DNA of 64,000 nt, from the NCBI GenBank assembly GCA_000165425.1, contig CT868009.1, forward strand, positions 124,001-188,000. The letters are read 5' to 3'. Every line of letters starts with the position of its first letter. The stretch's first letter is position 1. A program made the translations under genes and the position numbers. Shown here in pieces: positions 41,250 to 51,709 of this stretch. The DNA is from Paramecium tetraurelia (taxonomy: Eukaryota). The notes under the pieces were generated by a model. It saw only the letters and a list, made by a program, of their open reading frames with translations. It made no database searches and was not told where the DNA came from.

Positions 41250-41666
41250 ATGTCTTTCTTTATAAATTTGCCACAAAGCACCATAAGAGCATTATCAATA
41301 GGTATTTTTGTTAATTAAGAATTAGATTTCTAAATTTAAGAAGTTTCACCAAAAATCAAGCTAATCAGATCTAGAGCATTTACCTTCAACAAAAGTAATC
41401 TTAAGAAAAACTCATACACCATCTCTCCTAGAAGCAATTTAAGATCACCCAAGATTATTTTAAAACCTATAGCTCACGACTTTCAATTTTTTAAATTGTA
41501 AAGTTGCCTTAATGATTCACCCATCTTAGATAAAAAACTTCCAAAATGTACACCTAAAAAATAATTTAAATTACAACCTACTATTGACTTTAGTGTCTCT
41601 GGATTTGAAACTACTGATGTAGAGATGGAAGATTTCTTGCTTTCATCATATGTTAAAAAATAATGA
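41250..41666 (+). CDS. Small hypothetical S/P/K-rich protein
   Basis: ATG 41250, one 25-nt intron, TGA 41664-41666. Confidence 0.6.
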
Positions 41667-42168
41667 TCCATATATACTTAATTGTTCAATATAAATGAAA
41701 ACATTTAAACAAAAAAGAAGTTCTCTTTATTTATTGAAATAAAAATAAATTTTAATTTTACTAATTAATCTCTAATTATTTAGTTTAGTTATCATTTCTA
41801 TTATCAAATAAATGAATTTTCTCATTTTATAGAGTATTTATTAAAGTTTTAATTTTCTACAATGTTAATAAGTCTTACATATATGAGATGGGTTGATATA
41901 CTAATTAAAAGTATTAAATATCTTTTAAACTCAATTCTAATAACAGAGTACTCATTATAAGTCCAAAATTTTATCATTTTAAATTATAAGAAGTTGATGA
42001 TATAACCAAATAACAATTTTCATAAAAATGAACAGCTCATTAAAATTAATTTTATAAAGAATAAATTATTCATCTATGATTATTAGATTATTTATGACCA
42101 TACTAAAATTGAAAATTTAATTTATAATGAGTTAATGAAAATATAAAAAAAATAATTTTCGGCAAAAT

Positions 42169-44024
42169 TCAATTTTCTAATTCTTTTTCGAGCTCCTAAA
42201 GTAAAATTTAATCAAATTATACTTTTAATTATTATTCTAGCTATTAGATTTCTTCAATCATCAATTATTCATTCTTTTATACTTGCTTTTTTAAATTAAT
42301 GTTCTAAATAAAACTATTTTAATTTACATCTTCTTTTAAATAGTCCACATATTCAAAAGCTATCTTAAATTCTTTTTATGAGGTTAAGTTTTCTTAGATG
42401 TCGAATCGCTGTATTTCTATTTGTTTTTATTCATTTTTATGAGAAGTGTTAAAATTAGATTCTTCAGATAAAAATGTTTTTTTGACTTAATTCATCGTCA
42501 TAAGTAACTCATTATTAAGTATTTCTAATTGTTCAATGTCATTCATTATCGCTTCCTATTTATTAATACAATTAATTAACCTTCTCGTTTCTTAGGACTC
42601 TCAATCTGATTTCAAAATCCTGATACATAGAAGTAGGAAAAGTAATATTGATTTGCCATTGTCTAAATTTCTTCCTTAGAATTTCTTATTCATTCTGATA
42701 GTTTCTACGAAAGATCTATTCTATACGATATGTGATCTCAAGTTTCTATGACTTTGCATTTTTGGCTTTTATTTTTTAACTGAGCCTTGCTGCTATAACA
42801 CTCTTGAATAAGATGATATTTTACTAAATTCTTAACAGTTCCAGCCTAAACTTCTGTGTCTTAAGTCTATTTCAATCCTTTTATTTAATAAAATATAGGA
42901 TAGAGTTGTTTGTTGACTAAATATTTCACTACTTCACAAATTTCTCTGTGAGATTTTTAATCTATTTGTTTCTGCTATCTTTGTAGCATTTTTTAATGCT
43001 CCAATTTAGAGTGCACAGATTATCTAGCTAATTCAATGTCAAATTATTGTAATTACTCTTTAGGTACTGTATGATTAGCTTCTTGACCTAGTGTCTTAAT
43101 GGCTGATATGAACAAAGTTCTCAATGCATTTAATTTACTATCTTATGTAATGTAATGATGTTACTGATGGTATTCGTGAAAATTAATAAAAAATAATGCT
43201 GATTTGAATTAAAATATTAAAAATGCTTTAACTTTTAGAAGGCAATTATTGTTTCTAATTTTTAAGGCTATTTTAGATATTGATAGGTTGCTTATTCTGA
43301 ATCATACAAGTTCAATCGCAATTGCTATAAACCTAAGTTAGTTATTAATTTATTTATGATTTATTTTCGATGTACAGTTTTTAATTTATTGAAACTCCAT
43401 GCCTTTAAAGTCTCTTGCTTTATTAGGATTTTACTTAAAGTGAATTTGTAAAAACTTATCATATTCAAATTTTGTTATTTTAATAGCTTATTGAGTTTGG
43501 ATTCAAAGGTTAGCTGCATCCATTTCCTGAAGATTTGATGAGTAATTGGTTGTTAAGTTGGGGATATTTACTTTCTTAGCTCTTTCTTCAAATGAGATAC
43601 CACATCAACTTTTGCCAAACGGAAAAAGCCCAAACATTTCAACCGTTAATTGTATAATGATATTGCATGCTGAAATCGTAACAGGCCTTCCTATATCACT
43701 CTTTACTATGCTTTGATTTCTTCTTGTTATTTATTTTGAACATAAATGCTACCATTACAAATTAAATTACCTCAAATATTTAAACATCGTAGCTGCTTAA
43801 TTTTTTATTGCATTATTCACAATTTATATTAACCTCTTAAAGCGATCATTGCAAATCCTGAGATCACGATAATTCTAAATTCAAAAATATCCACTTACTA
43901 AATTGTAACTTCTATTATTATAAGCAGAATATGGATTCTTTTTTATTCTCCCATATGATCTGGTTTCTTGAGGTTCCTGCCTTTAAGCAAATCCTAACCC
44001 TTTCACAAAATATTAATTTTACAT
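42169..44024 (-). CDS. Helical protein with Sfi1-like motifs and C-terminal coiled coil
   Basis: ATG 44024, multiple tiny introns, motifs QIFRKWMQL, AWSFNKLK and RKKFRQWQI; ends ELEKELEN TGA. Some internal splice sites are uncertain. Confidence 0.55.
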
Positions 44025-44249
44025 AAATTTTATTTTTTTTAAAAGAAAAGTTGTTAATAAATAAAATTATTCCTAATGCTTATCAACATAATTTATGATT
44101 GTAAATTTTTCAATTTGATGTTAATATATTTTTAAACTTTATTTTTATAAAGATTATTGATTAAAATTTTTATGAAAATTTAAAAATCTCTGCTTATAAG
44201 TTCGCCATAAATCGAATTTGATTTGTGGTCAAATCATTACATCTACTTA

Positions 44250-44511
44250 AGCAAGCAATAAAAATTGTTTTAAAAAAAATTTCATCGATGATTTCATAAT
44301 TGCCTTGTCTCGGGAATTCTTCCCCTGAGCCTGCCTTAGTACCTGAGGGACTTGGGAAGGCTTAGAGTAGGCAAGATGACATTCAAGGGGACGATGGAAG
44401 GAAGAAGGGAATGAAAAAGGTTAGAATCAAAAATTAGCCCCTTATTGATAAACCGGCTGGGCCTGGTAGCCTGGAGAAGGATGTTGAATTATCTAGCAAG
44501 CAATATAAATT
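44250..44511 (+). repeat. Direct repeat AGCAAGCAATA(A/T)AAATT at ~44250-44266 and ~44495-44511
   Basis: Read directly: agcaagcaataaaaatt versus agcaagcaatataaatt. Confidence 0.8.
44299..44505 (+). ncRNA. Candidate structured non-coding RNA (GC-rich island, family not recognised)
   Basis: Markedly GC-richer than the flanks. The 5' and 3' ends are complementary (ATTGC[C]TTGT/GCAAGCAAT). Long hairpin 44329-44372 with G-U pairs; stems GGGAA/TTCCC, AAGGGG/CCCCTT and CCGGCT/AGCC[T]GG. Confidence 0.5.
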
Positions 44512-44596
44512 TTTATAGAATGAATTTTCAATTTTAAAAAAATACGAAAATATGTGATATTAATGAAATAATTATAAAAGTCAATTAAATTTTTAA

Positions 44597-45730
44597 ATGA
44601 AACAAGAGGACACCCAGCTTTTTTAAAAACCTTTAGATAAGTAAAAGAAGCTACTAATTAAGAAAATAATGATATGGGTCAGATAAGGATTCAATTCAAG
44701 AAATATTGGGTTCCATCCATTCTTACTTTGTGCATCAATCAAGCCTGGAGCTTAAAAAAGACATACTACACTTCAAAGCTATCCCAACGCCGAGTTATGG
44801 AGGTGTTTGAGTAAACTAAACCAATAAGATATTAAAACAGAGATATAACAAGAGATCCAGAGTAAGTTAGACGATGTAATAAAAAATTATGATGTCTCAA
44901 TTATAAAAGAGTTTAAGATTAGAGTGAACAATAATTTTGATTTTGCTTACCTATATAAAGAAACAGAAAAAAAGAAACCACAACAGAATGAAAATCTTGA
45001 AGTTCTTGATTTTTAAAATTTAAATCATCCTAATCAATAAGAAAGAGATGAAAGTGAATCTAAATCCTTAGTTAAGCAAATTTTATTGTGTAACACTAAG
45101 CAAGGTTCAATTGCAGATTTTGAGAATAGCCATTACCACAAATTGTCGTAGTTTCTAGAAAAAGTGAAGCCCTTTATTAATTAATCTTCGATTGAATTAA
45201 ATCAATTTTATTAAGGCGTATAAACTTTTCTAGAATCTTAATAAACGACTCCTTTAAAAAAAATGAAATTACATCAAATAGGAGAGGCTGAATAAGAAGA
45301 AGAAAAATAAGATTAAAACAATATAAAATTCCAAAAATAGAATTTATAAGAATAGTAATAGAAGTAGAATTTAAATTTTGAATAAGAAGAATAATTTAAT
45401 CATTAATCTCAATAATAAAGGATGAATAAATTTAACAAATCCCCATAATAACTCTTAGATGAATTAAAGTTAGATGCTTTGAAAACATAACCAGGGTTAT
45501 CATTTTTCTTACCAAATTATGATAAGATGTCGCCTGAGGAAGCTGAAAAGGTCAGAGAAATCGAAGCCAATTATTATAAAGAGCTATACTTTTTAAAAGT
45601 CCTACAACCACAAGATTACAACCCAAAATAGATCTTACTAATTTGGAGGCTTTATTTTGAGCCATAATTTAAGAAGCCAAATAACCTACTCTCACTATAT
45701 TAATAATAAAATATCATTAAAAAAGAATGA
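44597..45730 (+). CDS. Hypothetical 377-aa protein with Q/E-rich centre
   Basis: Intronless 1134-nt ORF under the ciliate code (MKQEDTQLFQKPLDKQKKLLIKKIMIWVRQG...NIIKKE*). Confidence 0.8.
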
Positions 45731-45841
45731 ATATGTTTGTGTAAATATATATATATATATCAAAGGACAACTCTCTACTTTCTCTATAAATTATATGTTA
45801 TTTTTTTTTACATTATATTATTAATAGAATTAAATTTGATT

Positions 45842-46357
45842 ATGGACTAACAAACCGTAATTATAACTGTTAGTTCAGAATATAATGAAGACATAAGGTC
45901 AATAATTTCTTTATATTTTAGCGAAGATGGTTCATAAACAGTTGAAAGTGAGGAGAGATAAGAAAATTAAATATTTGATACTAATATTGTCTAATTTATC
46001 AATGATGAGTAATTTGAATTCTAATTTTTATAAGTTAATTAATCATGCAGTAATAATGATGTACATATTAAAGTTCAAGAGGAGATAAAGGATTTATAAC
46101 AATAATAATGTAATTAAGCCTTAAACGATGTGTAAGAGTTTGTTAGAAACAACTGTTAAAAAGCATATGAAATGATAGAATATATACAAAAAAATAAAAA
46201 TTTAGATAAACAATAAGAAATTATTATGGAGTTTTATAGAGACATATATTTTGTACTAGAAATGTCGAATTCGAATGTCTTGCCGAAAGGTTTGATTGAC
46301 GAATTGGAGAAAAAATTACATGCAACAATTACCTTTAGTTTATTCAATATTGAATGA
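45842..46357 (+). CDS. Hypothetical acidic protein
   Basis: MDQQTVIITVSSEYNEDI..., one probable 24-nt intron, ends SLFNIE TGA. Confidence 0.65.
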
Positions 46358-46489
46358 TTCCAGTGATAATATGCTTAACATAAATTCAAATAATATAAAA
46401 TATTTTAATTCATATATAAATATGTAAATTATATTCATAAACCCATATTTGGACATAATGATAAAATTTTAATATAAATTACTATTGGT

Positions 46490-47581
46490 ATGAATTAAAA
46501 GGAGCGTGTTTTTGTAGATAGAAACAATGAATACGCTGAGAATGAATACTTTGTCGGCTAGAAAGAATCGAGATTTCACTCCAATGATTAATAAATAAAT
46601 TTTTAAGTAGAATCGTAATTAAGCACTCTTAGTTTTATTTTTGATTGGATTACAAATGTAAGACTGCAAAACTTATAATTTAAGGATCAATTACAAGAGC
46701 TAAGATCTCAAGTACTTCACGAGATGAAGCAATTAGACCAGAGTGTTAAAACTAAATATGTTACTACAGCATTAACATACATTTTGATCAAGAATACCGG
46801 TGGGATAAATGAGACAGAATGCATACAGCAATTGCTAGTAAAAATCTAATTTATTATTTATTAGAATAAGTTCAATGTCAAATCAAGAAAATTATTGAAG
46901 TATTTAAGGATGATCAAAGATGATGGTCAAAGAGATATGAATAAGTTATTATAGCAGATTTAGTATTATCAGGAGAAGGTGAGGAAGTATTTTTATGGAT
47001 AAGGACAATCGTTATTGTTAAAATTGAAGAAACCAAAATAAACTTATACTTAGCTGATAGAAGAAATTCTTGAAACTAATAAACAAGTGATGATTAGAAT
47101 ATTCTCTTTGCAATTAGTGAAATAATTTTGTGTAAGCAAACGACCAAGTCGATTGGTAATCAACCTGGGTTACTTTGCATTCTAAATATAATCAATATAT
47201 ATTTTGCCTGGAGAATATGCTAGAATTTTTCGGATATCAATAAACTCATTACGACATTTCTCAAAGGGATTAATTAATCTTTTGTATCAGTTTGTTTTAA
47301 GGATAACTGGTCAAGGAATGGAAATATAATTAAAGTCATGTGAGAGAAGTCCTCAAATTTCACAAACCATTATGAACGAAGGTGAATTCAAAAAGTCACC
47401 CGAGGATACAAGCGTCTCAGAACCTAACATAGAAATTGAAGGATATAAATTGCTTATTATTAGAAAACTACTTAATGAATTTACCACATATTAGTTTTTA
47501 TTTATTGATACTGAAGAAGAGGATGAATTATTTAATGAATGCTAAGAAATTTTGAACTTTTCAACCAATCAAAAAGAGTGA
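46490..47581 (+). CDS. Divergent TFIIB/BRF-like cyclin-fold protein lacking a zinc ribbon
   Basis: Open frame with one 27-nt intron. Repeat 1 KYVTTALTYILIKN..NKFNVKSRKLLKYLRMI; repeat 2 VSKRPSRLVINLGYFAFQIQSIYILPGEYARIFRISINSLRHFSKGL. Confidence 0.55.
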
Positions 47582-48121
47582 TTTTATTTTTTTTGTATAT
47601 GAAGATAGCTCCTATATATTGAGATAAGGCTATTAATATAATATATAATTTCGGTTTAAATGGATAAATTAGGTATATATCTGTCCAGTCAGTAGAAAGT
47701 TCGATATCAAAATCTTAAGTATTTAAGATTGGTCTATGTTATATTTGATTATAATAAAAATAGCCTCGTTTTAGATTCCTTGGCAATTCTTTATGTCTAT
47801 TCTTATGTTGATATTTTTAGCAAATATCCAATGAAATTTTAATGAATAAAAAAGATGAAGTATATTAAGAAATCTTTTCATCCTTTTCTCACTTATGTTT
47901 TATAGTGAGAGTATTATTATTAAGAACATGTTTAACTTAATTTTAATTTAGTGCATTAAAGGATTCTATTTTAATATAAATAATGGTCAGGTTATTGCAA
48001 GTTAATTCAGAGGAGGTAGTCGAAAGAAAGAACTGATGATTTTGAGAAATGGCTATCTTTGATGAGTTTTAAATGAATATTCTCAAAGTTATTATTTTTG
48101 GATATTATTTTATGAAATTAA

Positions 48122-48492
48122 TCAGCATTTCAAATAGTCCTCTAAACTTTCTTAAGCATACTACCCTGTTTTAGCAATGTCGAACACCTTCTAAAAGGAT
48201 TGGTTGCATTTAGCATTTCTTTGTCTACATTATTTAATCAAACAAATTTTTTACACTTTCAAAAAGCAATCAACAAGTGCCAATGCATTGTCTTTACAAA
48301 ATTCAGGTTCTACGTACTTTCCAAGTGGAGTAGATCTGCATAAATTAAAACTCTTTCTCTAGTCTTTGCAAGCATGATTTCCTTTAATTGCATAAATCAT
48401 CAACTACAAGCTAATTGATAATAGATATTAATATTCAACCTTTCATCATTCGTGTAAGTGTACAAATCTTTAGGAATAGCTTGAGAGGCCAT
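48122..48492 (-). CDS. Twin CX9C (CHCH) mitochondrial protein, NDUFA8-like
   Basis: ACKDQRKSFNLCRSTPLGKYVEPEFCKDNALALVDCFLKVQRNAKCNQSFQKVF: two exact CX9C motifs; two tiny introns. Confidence 0.7.
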
Positions 48493-48953
48493 CTTTGAAA
48501 TTAATTTAATTAATCTTTAAAAATATATGAGATGATCAAAATAAAGAAATTAGAGCACTTTTATCAAAAGATGCTAAAATTAATTATTTGTATAGAAAAA
48601 ATTGATTTAACAGATTCTAAGTCCTTTTTCTCCACTTACATGAAAAACATTATTTAAGAATTTCTTAATAAGACATACTTACAACAGTATTATACTATAT
48701 GAAAAGATGATCAATAAAAAGTATAATAAATTTATGATAATTCAAAAGTACTTAATAAAGATTATTTTGTGGTTTAGGTTATGGAGGAATATATTCTTAG
48801 ACTATCAATGGAAAACATTAGTTTGAACCCAATTCATCTTCTATTTTTTACTTTTTTGATTTAATCATAATTACATTTAATGAACTTTAATTTATAAAAT
48901 CTGTTTAGCATATTATTTTCATTATTTTTTAGATATATTTACGTAATCAACTA

Positions 48954-49913
48954 ATGTGCATGCCAATCGGAATTTTGAGATGTGTAGTTTCCATAGAGGC
49001 TTGGATTGTAATGATTTGTGGAATAGCAGCCTTTATATTCACAATGATTATGTAAATACATTATAGTTTAATGCTTCAAGCATATGAGGGAGAATCTGTA
49101 TATAGATCATTTAATATTTAATTAGTGGATGCTGTTTGGGCAGGGAATGCTTACTGCCTTCTGGTTGTTTTCATCGTATATAATAATCAATGGAGTATGC
49201 GGGGTTGTTGGCGGTTAACACAAAAAACCATGTTTGTTGTTAGTGTTCAATGTTGGAAATATCATAATCATTATTGCCTTTATTTTACTTATGGTGATAG
49301 GATATGTGTTGGCAGATGAGACTCGCAAACTTACCGACCAAGATTATTAATAAAATGAAAATACATGTCTTGATCACAGATTTTAATTAAATACTTTGGA
49401 TTGGGAAAGCAAAGACCTTTTATGTTCTATCGAATGCCCGTGTTACTATACGTAAACGAATGGAGCCTTAGCAAAAAACAAAACTAAATGGGCAGATGCT
49501 AAAGATACTACAAAAGTAATTAATAAACACCTAAGATTAGCCTACAAGAGTGTAAGACTGTGAAATCTATTAAAAAACCCAAAATACAACAGTCAAATAT
49601 TTTTCAAATTACCTAGGAGATATCCAGAAAGAAACAGGATGCACGGGATGGTGTGTGCCATATTAAATGCAAATATTTTATGATATCAATGCCAAGGTTG
49701 ATAATGACTAGTATACAATATATATAAATTAGGTTGTATTGCCAGTATGTTGTAATTAGCAAATTAACAGAGATGGGACAATTGATGGGAGACATAGCAG
49801 CCGGAGTCACTGCAGTAATGCTTGTTTTAATTACTCTAACCTGCTGTTTATGTTTCCATCCGGTTAATAAAGATCAGGATTTCTATAAGAAGATGGCACA
49901 TTATGAGAATTGA
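48954..49913 (+). CDS. Tetraspanin-family protein
   Basis: Four TM helices; GVCGVVGGQHKKPCLL; Cys-rich large loop (LCSIECPC, RVQDC, GCTGWC); C-terminal CCLCFHP; three tiny introns. Confidence 0.85.
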
Positions 49914-50334
49914 TTACATCTTCTATTTGTAATAAATTTATGAATTCATTACATTAACAATTATAAACCTATTGGATTGGACTTTAAAATTTATTCACAA
50001 AATTTAAGCAATCCTCTTAAGATTAAAATATAATCCATTATATCTCAGTATAAACTACCACCTGATCATCACAAAGTATTAATATTTTATAATTATAATA
50101 ATTTTTATTGGTCACAACTATTCGATGATATTAATACAATTGCTTGTCAAAACACAATTATTAGCTATTTATAAATTCGCCCCTATGTGAAAAACACAAC
50201 TATGAAACATAGAAAATGGTGACTCTTTTAATTTTAATTTGCTTACATGAATGGCTTGGAGGACTAAATATTATTGTAGCTGCTAAGCAATTTCATATAT
50301 CCATAACACAACAATATTTGATTAATTTTATTAT

Positions 50335-50748
50335 ATGATATTTTCCTTTTTTTATTCAAGTAAAAATAGACTGGATCGTAAAAGACCTCCATTACAACAA
50401 GCAAGATCTGAAAATTAGTCTCCTTCTAATTACCCTCATATTTATTAGACTTAACCCAGAAAATAATAAATAGGTGTTTAAATATAAAAGAATGATAAAT
50501 CAGATGAAACCGATGAAGAAGATATGAAATCAAGCAGAGATTGCTTTCTCTAAATCGGAACTTCTGAAGCAAGCAAACTAATTAATCATAAAAATAGAAT
50601 TAAACTAAGAAGTGTCTCGATGTAGAAAAAACAAATTCAATACATGCAATTTCGAGAATTTGACAATTTGGATTAAATTGCTGAAGAATAACTACAACTA
50701 TAGTTCTAAAATTTAGCAGTTCATGCAAGCTAATTTCAGCATCCTTGA
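50335..50748 (+). CDS. Hypothetical 137-aa protein
   Basis: Intronless 414-nt ORF under the ciliate code (MIFSFFYSSKNRLDRKRPPLQQ...QFQHP*). Confidence 0.55.
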
Positions 50749-51709
50749 TTTTATTATTTTATATTAATGCTTGAAATCTATAAAACATTTAATAACATAT
50801 TTTTGTACTAGGATATGCTTGCAAAATGTATTACGTTTCCCTTATCAATTTAAAAAACCATTAAATTCATTGAATTATGTTGACTCATCCAACCTATTTC
50901 AAAATAATTTAAATTTTCGAAATCCCCATAAGGTTTTGTGGAACTTGCTCGAAAGAAACACTTAATTCCCTTTTGTTACAAAATATTCATAACTCAAAAT
51001 GCATGATTTTTGCAATCATCATATTTTGCATTATTGAATTTTTAAATATTGGACAAATGAAAATTGGCCTATGAAACATAACCCACTTTCTTTAGGTCTT
51101 TTCCTACATCCTAAATGAACAAACCAGTTTAATTTATTATATTATTTTAGGGTATAATGTATATAATTAATTAAGAATCATAAAATAGGTAATTAAATAA
51201 TTGATCATATTTTTACAAATATTAATGTATAAATACACGTTTCCGAATATTAAACAAAATGAAAATACTTAAGTAATTCTTGTTTATGGGATGAAAGAAT
51301 CATTAAAGTATTCTAGTAATTAATTTTCTTGATAATTTTTATTTAAACAATTATTAAAAAATAACTTTTAAATTTTAGTTCAAACTCTTTGAGATATAGT
51401 AATGTATTTATTAAATGATTGGAATTATAAACGAGAGTAGAGTTGAGGGATTTGAGAGACTAGTTCCGTTTATTGGTTTAAATTATTGAATAATGTCTAG
51501 AAGTTAATTTGACGGACTACTCCCTAGGAACTAAAAACGATATTTTCAAATATCACGATATTTTTCAGCTGAAGTAAATAGTCAGAGAATCAATAACACC
51601 GTAAACCGTTTGAGCTCAAGAATTTGCATATTAATATTTAAATTTCATGGGTTTTCCATGAATGTTAACCTATGTTTTTTTAACTACAGACCATAAATAA
51701 TTAAATAAA

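Noticed and set aside
44299..44505. Assigning the island to SRP, RNase P/MRP, telomerase or U snRNA (minus strand has an Sm-like AATTTTTG, ATCAATAAGG and GGGGCTA)
   Set aside because: No SRP helix-8 motif, no telomerase template, no U snRNA 5' signature, and the P/MRP conserved regions are incomplete or in the wrong order.
44288..44557. 89-codon ORF (MISQLPCLGNSSPEPALVPEG...) across the GC-rich island
   Set aside because: Codon usage is atypical and ORFs of this length arise easily with a single stop codon. The base-pairing explains the composition better. Not fully excluded.
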